Assembly (NCBI GenBank): GCA_026707735.1 | Contig: JAPOWH010000012.1 | Coordinates: 77,990 to 141,989, forward strand | DNA: 64,000 nucleotides | From: Gammaproteobacteria bacterium | GTDB taxonomy: Bacteria; Pseudomonadota; Gammaproteobacteria; Pseudomonadales; Azotimanducaceae | Direction: 5' to 3' | Shown here: positions 45,770 to 54,164 of the stretch, piece after piece | How positions within the stretch are numbered: position 1 is the first letter of the stretch | Layout: every line of letters starts with the position of its first letter | Program-made: the position numbers and the translations under genes | Notes under the pieces: generated by a model | Database searches by the model: none | What the model saw: the letters and a program-made list of their open reading frames with translations, nothing else | Told to the model about the DNA's origin: nothing

Positions 45770-48379
45770 CTAGAAGTCGTGAATTTGCACGGTTCCTTGA
45801 TTGCCATCCACCGTTAGCATGTCTCCGGTACTAATCCTTCTCGTTGCGTCACCGAGTCCCAGAACCGCCGGAATGCCATATTCGCGTGCGATGATTGATC
45901 CGTGAGCGAGCAATCCTCCAATATCGGTCACTAGTGCAGATGCAAGTGGAAACAGTGGAGTCCATGCAGGGCTGGTCGCTGGACAAACCAATACGCAGCC
46001 GGGTTGCATCTTGTCAAAGTCCTTGGTGTCAAGAATCACACATGCAGGTGCATCAATTACCCCTGAACTCACTGCCGATCCCTTGAGAACTGCAGGATCG
46101 AGATCTTGAGCACCTGGAGGATCGGGAAAGTTTGGGTCGTGCCCAATACGTAGCGGTGGATTGAGGAACTTTTGCGCTTCCCGCAGAAGCTTGCGATTCG
46201 CGGCACGTTCTTGCAGTTCTGCTGCCGTAGCATCCGCGGCCGTTGCTGACCCAATTGCTTTGGAAATCTCATCCGTTGTCAAATAGAAGATGTCCTCTGG
46301 TTCCGAGACCGTTTGTCTCTTCTTTAGTCGCATTCCCAGTTCCAGTGCAAGTCGCCGCAGCGCGGGCCAGGCCTGACCAAGGTAGCTGAGAGCTTCCTCG
46401 CGCAGGTGATAGTCGCGTTGCACGCGAAGCAATAGGCGGCGGAACTGCAGTCGTTGCAGCGGCCCAAAGTGTGCGCGAATTCGTGCAATAGTCTCTTCTC
46501 TATGCTGCTTAAGTTGCTGTCGTCTGGCGTCAAAGTCGTACTCTGCGTCGACTACGAGCGAGAAGAGGTTTCTATATGTGGGAACAGGATCTTCGATCGG
46601 TGCTGGCTCTACAAAGTCAAGGGTGAACACTTGCCTGCCGTAGGATTGCAAGTAGGTTTGAATCCGTTGTAAGACGTCATCACTCGCTTCTCTCTGCAGT
46701 ATTTCTTGAATGCGTGCAGGACCTCCAAGCAAAACCGAACGAAATAGCGGCTCCGACGAGCGAATGCTGCGAGCAATTTCTGACAATTCGACCTGAGCGT
46801 TCAATGCGAGTGAATCAAACCCGCTTAGTAATTGGCTGCTCGTAAATCCGGCGTTCTTTGCATGTTTTTCAAGAAATTGGTTGAGCCGAATTTCGTGATT
46901 GCGATTCAACGCTACGCCAAAGTAGATTCCATTAAACCAATGGTCGGCTTCGCATCGTGCCAACGCCCATATGCCCTCGAGAAGCTCGGTGGATTCAAGG
47001 TGGCTTTCGTTCATTTCCTCCCAGTATTGCTTGGTTTTCAAGTATTTGGGAAGTGCGCTCTTCATCCATCGTCGTATCCAGCGTTTTCTAAGTCCAATTG
47101 TTGCCCGCCAACGCAGGAGTCTTCTCTTTAGAGGGTTGCGTGGCGGCCTGGGGGCTTCCATTTCAGGTGGGATCTTTGGTGTTCCCACACGCTTATACGC
47201 ATATCCATTCACCGTGGGATGAACGATAAAGCACCAAGGAGGTTGTGAATGTTCGAATGTAAATGTATTGGGGTAGTTCTTTGCTAGGTTCCTGCCCCAG
47301 GCTTCCTGCAAACCCACTTTGAGATAGGTCTCCTCGAAAAGTGTGCATACCGGACCAGCCACGTGTTCCACAAGTTGATGCCTCAGAATCAGTGCGTTCT
47401 CTTCCGGTGCTTTCCACTCGATATTCTCAATTGGCACGGGAGGTAGTCCCGTAATGGGACGAGATTGGATGACGTAGACGTTGTCGTTGGCAATTGCCCA
47501 TTCGATGTCTTGAGGCTGGTTGTGGAATGTGTGTTCCACACTCAGTCCGATGTCAGTCAGTTTCTTTAGAGACGACAATGACAGCGCAGGCTGTTTTTGC
47601 TTGCTTATTTCAACGTCCTCCGTAAAGACGCCGCCTCGTTGATTTGCTATCGACATAGTCTTCTTAGCATGAATCTGACTTTCAATGACTTGCCCTGTGT
47701 GTCGATCGACCTTGTAGAGATCCGGGTCTACATCGCCGCTAACTATTGCCTCTCCCAACCCAAAGCTTGCGTTTATCAGTAGTGAGGAACGATCTCCCGT
47801 GGCGGGATTGGCGGTGAACGCAACACCAGAGGCTTCGCTGGGAATCATTGATTGAATTACTACAGCCATGGCAATTTCAATGGAGGAAATGCCCAATTGA
47901 TAGCGATACATCATGGAGTTTGCACACCACAGCGACGCCCAACAGCTCAGCACAGCCTGAACTAGCGCATCGTCGCCGACCACATTCAAGTGTGTTCGGT
48001 GTAGTCCTGCGAAAGATGTGTCTTTCAGATCTTCGGCCGTAGCCGAAGATCGTACCGCCAATGGAGTTTGAGTTCCCAGCTCGCCGCTTGCTTGAGCTAG
48101 ACAATCCAATACCGCTTTTGGAAGAGTTCCACAGCGGAACAACCTGCCTATTTTTTGTTCAGCATATTCAAACGAGATGGTGCGACCGGCAACTTGGGGA
48201 ATACTCAATTCCTTGATTTGATCATCAAGTTCGTTTGCTTGCACAAATTCAAAATAGGCGGATGTGGTGAGCACGACGCATTGCGGCACAGGCAATCCCG
48301 CCTCAATCATTCGTGCGAGAGAAAGCGCTTTTCCTCCAACGGAATCGAGGGCCGATTCCTTTTCAAGCGACGCTAGCAT
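45770..48379 (-). CDS. PEP-utilising enzyme with PEP/pyruvate-binding (ATP-grasp) N-domain and C-terminal swivelling His domain (rifampicin-phosphotransferase-like architecture)
   Basis: The N-terminus carries GGKALSLARM and the C-terminus carries TDIGGLLAHGSIIAREYGIPAV. The 869-aa protein has a long central region of unknown specificity. Confidence 0.75.
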   Translation of the reverse strand: MLASLEKESALDSVGGKALSLARMIEAGLPVPQCVVLTTSAYFEFVQANELDDQIKELSIPQVAGRTISFEYAEQKIGRLFRCGTLPKAVLDCLAQASGELGTQTPLAVRSSATAEDLKDTSFAGLHRTHLNVVGDDALVQAVLSCWASLWCANSMMYRYQLGISSIEIAMAVVIQSMIPSEASGVAFTANPATGDRSSLLINASFGLGEAIVSGDVDPDLYKVDRHTGQVIESQIHAKKTMSIANQRGGVFTEDVEISKQKQPALSLSSLKKLTDIGLSVEHTFHNQPQDIEWAIANDNVYVIQSRPITGLPPVPIENIEWKAPEENALILRHQLVEHVAGPVCTLFEETYLKVGLQEAWGRNLAKNYPNTFTFEHSQPPWCFIVHPTVNGYAYKRVGTPKIPPEMEAPRPPRNPLKRRLLRWRATIGLRKRWIRRWMKSALPKYLKTKQYWEEMNESHLESTELLEGIWALARCEADHWFNGIYFGVALNRNHEIRLNQFLEKHAKNAGFTSSQLLSGFDSLALNAQVELSEIARSIRSSEPLFRSVLLGGPARIQEILQREASDDVLQRIQTYLQSYGRQVFTLDFVEPAPIEDPVPTYRNLFSLVVDAEYDFDARRQQLKQHREETIARIRAHFGPLQRLQFRRLLLRVQRDYHLREEALSYLGQAWPALRRLALELGMRLKKRQTVSEPEDIFYLTTDEISKAIGSATAADATAAELQERAANRKLLREAQKFLNPPLRIGHDPNFPDPPGAQDLDPAVLKGSAVSSGVIDAPACVILDTKDFDKMQPGCVLVCPATSPAWTPLFPLASALVTDIGGLLAHGSIIAREYGIPAVLGLGDATRRISTGDMLTVDGNQGTVQIHDF

Positions 48380-48570
48380 TTGGGGAACTGCACTTTGTTG
48401 TCTGATGCGACAGGTAAGCCTCTATAGGCGTCGAAATTGCAGACAGACCGCAACATTTTCTCGAAGGAATTTTATGCACGACTCATCGTTTGGGGCATAA
48501 AATCCACTTTACTAACATGCCGTCCATGGCTATCATGCGCGCACATCCCACCAACCAACGGTAACTTCCC

Positions 48571-50052
48571 TTGGCCTTAGAAAGTCTCGACGCCTATTTT
48601 CCAGATTGGAAAGAACGCGAAGCTCTCGCGGAAGCGATGATTCCGCTCATTGGCACGTTGTATCGCAAGAACGTGGTCACCTATTGCTTCGGTCGCGCTT
48701 TGTACAACCAAAGCGTCACGGACATCATGCGTACACATCGTTTTGTGCGGCAAGTGGCGGAAAATGAACTGTCCGAATTCGAGAGCTATCCCGTGCTCAA
48801 GGCGATTTCAAATCTCGATCTCGGTCCAGCGCATCTCGATCTAGGTCAGATAACGACAAGACACATGGAATTGTGCGAGAACGGAAATGGTGCTCCCAGC
48901 GTTGAGGAGTATGTGGCCAAGGAATGTTCCCACGTCATTGGACGACATGTTAAGCCGTTGGCGCAACCTCAGGACGTCGTTCTCTATGGATTCGGTCGCA
49001 TAGGAAGATTGCTGGCAAGATTGTTGATCGAGAAGACGGGCGGTGGAGATCAGCTGCGGCTACGAGCCATAGTACTGAGAAGTGGACCAAAGGACGACTT
49101 GGAAAAGAGAGGAAGTTTGCTGCGTCGCGACTCTGTGCACGGTCCATTCAAAGGAACCATTCGAATCGACGACGAGAACCAGTGTCTAATCGCCAACGGC
49201 AACGTCATCCGATTGATCTACTCGGACGATCCAGGCACGATTGATTACGAGCAGTATGGAATCCATAACGCGTTGATTATTGACAACACAGGTGTGTGGC
49301 GCGACGAAGAGGGATTGAGCAGACACCTGCAGAGCAAGGGCGCAGACCGAGTGATAGTTACTGCACCTGGCAAGGGCACGGTTCCAAACATAGTGTCCGG
49401 AATAAACTCCAATGATTTGTCGCACAATCAGAAGATTCTGTCTGCATCGTCATGCACTACGAACGCCATCGTGCCTGTGTTGAATGTCGTGGATGAGAGG
49501 TTTCGCATCGCTCATGGACACATCGAAACCGTGCATGCGTACACCCCTGACCAGAATCTCACCGATAACTTTCATAGGAAAGACCGACGAGGACGTAGCG
49601 CGCCGCTGAACCTTGTGATAACTGAAACGGGAGCTTCTAAAGTAGTAGCGCATTTCCTTCCGCGTCTTGAAGGGAGACTAACCAGCAACGCAATTCGCGT
49701 ACCGACTCCAAACGTCTCGCTTGCGTGCTTGAACCTTACATTGGAGTCCGATACAACCAAGGAAGAGCTGAACACTTTCTTGCGGGACGTGTCTCTGTTT
49801 TCGCCAATGCAACGGCAGTTGGACTACACCCAAGGCACTGAAGTTGTATCGTCAGATTTCGTAGGTAATCGACATGCATGCGTTGTTGATGGACGCGCGA
49901 CTATCGTCGATGGAGGCAACCGTGTACAAATCTATGCTTGGTACGACAATGAATTCGGCTATTGTTGCCAAGTTATACGCGTCGTACAAAAATGGGCAGG
50001 TATCAAATATCCCCTAGTTCCGGTTGGTATAGAGGAAATGGGCTTCGCCTAG
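48571..50052 (+). CDS. gap: Glyceraldehyde-3-phosphate dehydrogenase, long form with N-terminal extension
   Basis: Contains GFGRIGR and the catalytic SASSCTTNA. An extra region of about 130 aa precedes the Rossmann fold. Uses a TTG start. Confidence 0.85.
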   Translation: MALESLDAYFPDWKEREALAEAMIPLIGTLYRKNVVTYCFGRALYNQSVTDIMRTHRFVRQVAENELSEFESYPVLKAISNLDLGPAHLDLGQITTRHMELCENGNGAPSVEEYVAKECSHVIGRHVKPLAQPQDVVLYGFGRIGRLLARLLIEKTGGGDQLRLRAIVLRSGPKDDLEKRGSLLRRDSVHGPFKGTIRIDDENQCLIANGNVIRLIYSDDPGTIDYEQYGIHNALIIDNTGVWRDEEGLSRHLQSKGADRVIVTAPGKGTVPNIVSGINSNDLSHNQKILSASSCTTNAIVPVLNVVDERFRIAHGHIETVHAYTPDQNLTDNFHRKDRRGRSAPLNLVITETGASKVVAHFLPRLEGRLTSNAIRVPTPNVSLACLNLTLESDTTKEELNTFLRDVSLFSPMQRQLDYTQGTEVVSSDFVGNRHACVVDGRATIVDGGNRVQIYAWYDNEFGYCCQVIRVVQKWAGIKYPLVPVGIEEMGFA

Positions 50053-50054
50053 AC

Positions 50055-50071
50055 AGCAACTACTGGTTGCT
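50055..50071 (+). terminator. Weak hairpin after gap
   Basis: AGCAAC-tactg-GTTGCT followed by AAATCCTATTT. The stem is short, so this is tentative. Confidence 0.25.
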
Positions 50072-50164
50072 AAATCCTATTTCTAGGTATGCCCACTTGT
50101 AGGGAATTCAGGCACAATAAATTGTCTAAGTGCACAAACTGACGTCACAGGTTCATAGGAATCC

Positions 50165-50563
50165 TTGGTGTTTGTATCCATAGCTCTACTTGTTGCTGTA
50201 CTCGTCGTGGCGATTTGGATTGTCACCACTCGCGATTCGAGGAAACGTTGGCTATCAGAGTTGGACCTCCTAGGTACTTGGGATCTGGATACCTCCGGAA
50301 CCGATGCCCCCAAAAGCAGCCTATGGTTTAGGGGAGAATTGGATTCCGGAAACTATGTCTATCAATCTGGTGAAACAAGAACTGAGGGGACTTGGCGGAT
50401 TGAAGGCTCGTCCCTGATTCTCACAGACGATGAGAATTCGGATCGCGAGTACGAAGTACGGATATTTGAGCATGGCACGATAGGTATCCACGGACCTGAT
50501 CGTGATCGACAAGTATTCACCAAACGAGCTGAGAATATCGTTCCACTACGTCGTCGTTCTTGA
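50165..50563 (+). CDS. Hypothetical small membrane-anchored protein
   Basis: Has one N-terminal TM segment (VFVSIALLVAVLVVAIWIV). I recognise no domain. Its 3' end overlaps the convergent symporter gene by 18 nt. Confidence 0.35.
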   Translation: MVFVSIALLVAVLVVAIWIVTTRDSRKRWLSELDLLGTWDLDTSGTDAPKSSLWFRGELDSGNYVYQSGETRTEGTWRIEGSSLILTDDENSDREYEVRIFEHGTIGIHGPDRDRQVFTKRAENIVPLRRRS

Positions 50564-51973
50564 CGACAAGCTTTCTTCGAGTTTTTCAAAACGCTCGATG
50601 GCTTCTTCATCAGATTTCAGCTTAGATATGAGAACTAACACTCCGCTTGCCAGCAGAAACGCAGGCAATAGCTCATAAACATCAAAGATTCCCCCTTTCA
50701 GGTAGTGCCACACTATGGTCGTTGCAGTACCAGTCACAATGGCGCCTATCAAAGCGATGCTAGTGGTTTCTCGATAAAACAAGCTGAACAAAATGCACGA
50801 GCCAAAGCTCGAGCCGATTCCCGCCCACGCGAATGCCACGACGTCGAAGATGCGACTCTCTTGATCCAGTGCGAGCAATGCAGCTATTGCCGCAACTAGT
50901 ACAACGCTAAGTCGACTGTAGAGAAGTAGTTTGCTGTTCGGGCTGGCGACGTCGTTCACCAACACTGTGGACACAACCATGAGTTGCGAGTCTACGGTGC
51001 TCATCACCGCGGCCAGAATGGCAGCAATGACTATACCAGCAACCCAAGGACTCAGTACGAGATCGCTCAAGTAAATTAAGGCCGTCTCTTTGTCCTCCAG
51101 CAGTGGCAAAGCGGTCATTGCAGCGAATCCGACTGCAACGGCGCCAACGCTAGAAAGGATCATCCAGGACATACCAATAGTGCGAGCCGTTGGAATTGCC
51201 TGCGGGTTTCGAATTGCCATGAATCGCGCCAAGATGTGGGGCTGACCAAAGTAGCCCAATCCCCACGAAAGCAATCCAAGTACGCCTAAAAACGAATACG
51301 CCTCCCAATTCCATATATCGCGAGTAGCGTCCACCAGTGATCCTGGTGCGCTCAGGTCCATATTCAGAGCCATTGTTGGCACAGCAACCAAAACAACCAT
51401 CATTAGCAGAGCTTGGAATGCGTCTGTCCAACTAACGGCAAGAAACCCACCAATGGCTGTATAAGTCATGACGATGACCACCCCAATGGAAAGGCCGAGC
51501 AGGTATTCCACTCCAAGCACTGATTCGAACAGTTTTGCACTCGCAATAAATCCCGCGGATACATATACCGTAAAGAAAATGATCAAGACTATGCTTGCGA
51601 CGATTGGGAGTGTCTTGGTCCTGGCTGCCGTTCGGAGTGAGAGCAACTGGGGAATCGTTATTGCCTCTCCGTACAAAGTGCTGGCAATGCGAAGGCGATT
51701 GGCAACGTACGTCCAGTTGATCCAAGCACCTACCACCAATCCGATCAGAATCCACCCCTCAACCAGACCGGTAAGGTAAATCGCACCGGGCAATCCCAAG
51801 AGCAGCCACCCCGACATATCACTTGCGCCCGCTGATAGCGCGGTAACGGAGCTCGACAGTGAACGGCCTCCAATTGAGTAGTCTTGCATGGTTGATGTCT
51901 TCATACCAGCGTAGACCGCGATGGCGACAAGCACTAAGAGGTATCCAATGAAAGTGGGCAGCAATTCGAGCAT
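50546..51973 (-). CDS. Sodium:solute symporter (SSS family, PutP-like)
   Basis: Multi-TM protein. The N-terminus FIGYLLVLVAIAVYAG...DYSIGGRSLSS resembles proline symporters. Confidence 0.75.
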   Translation of the reverse strand: MLELLPTFIGYLLVLVAIAVYAGMKTSTMQDYSIGGRSLSSSVTALSAGASDMSGWLLLGLPGAIYLTGLVEGWILIGLVVGAWINWTYVANRLRIASTLYGEAITIPQLLSLRTAARTKTLPIVASIVLIIFFTVYVSAGFIASAKLFESVLGVEYLLGLSIGVVIVMTYTAIGGFLAVSWTDAFQALLMMVVLVAVPTMALNMDLSAPGSLVDATRDIWNWEAYSFLGVLGLLSWGLGYFGQPHILARFMAIRNPQAIPTARTIGMSWMILSSVGAVAVGFAAMTALPLLEDKETALIYLSDLVLSPWVAGIVIAAILAAVMSTVDSQLMVVSTVLVNDVASPNSKLLLYSRLSVVLVAAIAALLALDQESRIFDVVAFAWAGIGSSFGSCILFSLFYRETTSIALIGAIVTGTATTIVWHYLKGGIFDVYELLPAFLLASGVLVLISKLKSDEEAIERFEKLEESLSSRTTT

Positions 51974-52086
51974 CGATCAACCTTAGGGCAGGGTAGTGTG
52001 ACGATTCTAGAAGGATTCCCAAACCAGTGCTAATGACTTTGAGAACCTTACGTTATATCCGGCGCACTTCGTAGAATAGCGCACCT

Positions 52087-52980
52087 ATGAGCGAGCGCTT
52101 AGAACGAATTCTCGAACGGGCAGACGAGCTGCTGTCCCGAATGGAGCGCATGCTGCCTACTACAGAAACAATCGATTGGTCGGCAACCTATGCTGCAACT
52201 TGGAGCAGCAAGCGCGGGCGCAGCAACTTTCATCCTGTCGGCCATATCGACACCATTCAGCTCGATGATCTTCTTGAAATTGACCGTCAGAAAGACTCAC
52301 TCATTCAAAACACAGCACAATTCTGTGCAGGACTCCCAGCAAACAACGTTCTCTTGTGGGGTGCGCGTGGCACCGGAAAGTCCTCGCTAATCCATGCGTT
52401 GCTGAACGCTTTCGCTGAACGCTCTTTGCGGCTTGTTGAAGTAGACAAGCGATCGCTAGCAGATATAGCGATACTTGCAGAGCAACTTCAACAAGAGCCT
52501 TTTCGCTTCATCGTGGTGTGTGACGACCTATCCTTCGATGCCACCGATACTGGTTACAAAGAACTCAAGAGTTCGTTAGAAGGCGCAATTTTTGCGACTG
52601 TTGAGAACGTCCTGGTCTACATTACGTCCAATAGACGACATCTGATAAGTGAGCTTGCAAAAGAAAACCAAGAATTGCAAGAGTTGCACAGTAGTGAAAC
52701 CGTGGAAGAAAAGATATCGCTTTCCGATAGATTTGGACTCTGGCTTTCGTTTCACCCCTTCGATCAAGAGCAGTACCTACGTGTTGTACAACACTGGGTC
52801 AAACACTACGCCGAACAATGCAACTTTGAACATTCATTTGACGATGAAGTGCGAACCATCGCATTGCGTTGGGCATTGAATCGAGGCGTGAGGAGTGGCC
52901 GTACAGCCAACCATTTCGCGCGTGCCTGGGTCGGAAGCAAGTCTTTGGAGATTCTTTCACGGGAGAGCGATGGCCAATAA
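52087..52980 (+). CDS. DUF815-type AAA+ ATPase
   Basis: Contains the P-loop WGARGTGKSSL and Walker B FIVVCDDLSF. Size and layout match DUF815. Confidence 0.7.
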   Translation: MSERLERILERADELLSRMERMLPTTETIDWSATYAATWSSKRGRSNFHPVGHIDTIQLDDLLEIDRQKDSLIQNTAQFCAGLPANNVLLWGARGTGKSSLIHALLNAFAERSLRLVEVDKRSLADIAILAEQLQQEPFRFIVVCDDLSFDATDTGYKELKSSLEGAIFATVENVLVYITSNRRHLISELAKENQELQELHSSETVEEKISLSDRFGLWLSFHPFDQEQYLRVVQHWVKHYAEQCNFEHSFDDEVRTIALRWALNRGVRSGRTANHFARAWVGSKSLEILSRESDGQ

Positions 52981-53944
52981 TCAAGACTTAGCGCGAATTG
53001 CTATTGTCGCTTTCCTTGCCGTAGCCGGCGTTGTTCACTCCGACGAAGTCGTGTTCAAAAATGGTGACCGCATTTCGGGAGATCTGCAAAGCGTTGCAGG
53101 CGAAACTGTCACCATTAGGACTTCATATGCGGGCATCCTATTCATAAACAAAGCAGAAGTAGAGCGCATACTGACTGAGGTGCCGTTCGTCGTCGTCTCC
53201 AAGCAAAACGGCGAACAGACCATGAAATTGGACGAAACGGTCGATCTTGCGGATATTGTTCAAGTTCGTGCTTCTAACAGTGTTGTCGCACAAATAGCCT
53301 CTTCGTGGGCTAAGCAAATCACGTTTGCGCTAGCTGGGACTCGTGGCAATAGCGAGACTCAGAACTACTCGGTACATGGTCAGTCTCGGTTAGTCCGTCC
53401 GCATGGCGAACATCTGTTGCGAGTTGACTACTTGCGAGAGCAGGTCTTCGACGAAACTCGCAAGAACACTCTAGACGTTAAATACGGAATTCGGTGGAAT
53501 CGAGGCAGCAAATGGTTTAACACCGCCAACATGGACTATTTTCGTGACCCGCTCAAAGAGGTATCGTGGCGGATATTGGTCGGTCTCGGGGGTGGAGCGA
53601 AGCTCTATGACCAACCTCATCAACACTTATCATTCGAAGCGGCCGCAAGTGGTGTTTACGAGACGCTCGATAGTTTCAGCGAACTTTCTCCAGCTTTAAG
53701 AGTCGGATCAGACTACCGCAAATGGCTCTATGGAGGGCGTGTAGAGGCCTATCAGAACAATCGCTTACTGTGGATCACGCAAACCGACAATGGAGTTTTG
53801 GATAGTTCAAGTGGCATTAGATTGGCTCTTTCTGCGCAGTTCAACTTCGATATGCGGGCAACGATACAGTACGAGACACATCCGGCGGAAGGTGTACGAA
53901 ATACGGACTTGACATACTCCTTCGGCATAGGGGTTGTTTTTTGA
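52970..53944 (+). CDS. DUF481-type outer-membrane protein
   Basis: Has a signal peptide, the N-terminal VVFKNGDRISGDLQSV motif, and a beta-barrel-like C-terminal region ending GIGVVF. Its ATG overlaps the upstream gene by 11 nt. Confidence 0.6.
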   Translation: MANNQDLARIAIVAFLAVAGVVHSDEVVFKNGDRISGDLQSVAGETVTIRTSYAGILFINKAEVERILTEVPFVVVSKQNGEQTMKLDETVDLADIVQVRASNSVVAQIASSWAKQITFALAGTRGNSETQNYSVHGQSRLVRPHGEHLLRVDYLREQVFDETRKNTLDVKYGIRWNRGSKWFNTANMDYFRDPLKEVSWRILVGLGGGAKLYDQPHQHLSFEAAASGVYETLDSFSELSPALRVGSDYRKWLYGGRVEAYQNNRLLWITQTDNGVLDSSSGIRLALSAQFNFDMRATIQYETHPAEGVRNTDLTYSFGIGVVF

Positions 53945-53955
53945 TCCAATAATCG

Positions 53956-53983
53956 TTGACCTCGCATAGCAAAACCGTAAAAT
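53956..53983 (+). promoter_or_regulatory. Sigma70-type promoter for tRNA-Glu
   Basis: TTGACC, a 16-nt spacer, then TAAAAT. The -10 element ends 11 nt before the mature tRNA 5' end. Confidence 0.45.
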
Positions 53984-53994
53984 GCTCGCCCAAC

Positions 53995-54070
53995 GTCCCC
54001 TTCGTCTAGTGGCCCAGGACACTGGGTTTTCATCCCAGCAACAGGGGTTCGACTCCCCTAGGGGACGCCA
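53995..54070 (+). tRNA. tRNA-Glu (anticodon UUC), CCA encoded
   Basis: 76 nt. The acceptor stem pairs GTCCCCT with AGGGGAC. The anticodon arm is CTGGG-TTTTCAT-CCCAG, and the T-arm contains GGGGTTCGACTCCCC. It is near-identical to E. coli tRNA-Glu. Confidence 0.93.
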
Positions 54071-54164
54071 CCTTCGAACAATTTCCTTCCAAATGGCGGC
54101 TCAGCGCACGTGTTCGATCGGCGTTGCGATCTGGATGGTCCACAGTAATTGGTCAAGTTGAACG

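Noticed and set aside
53995-54070. tRNA-Glu as a possible genomic-island integration site for the downstream CRTAC1-like/EF-hand genes
   Set aside because: No integrase gene is present, and I could find no repeat of the tRNA 3' end downstream. The only similarity is a 7-nt GGTTCG-type match near 57476, which is insignificant.
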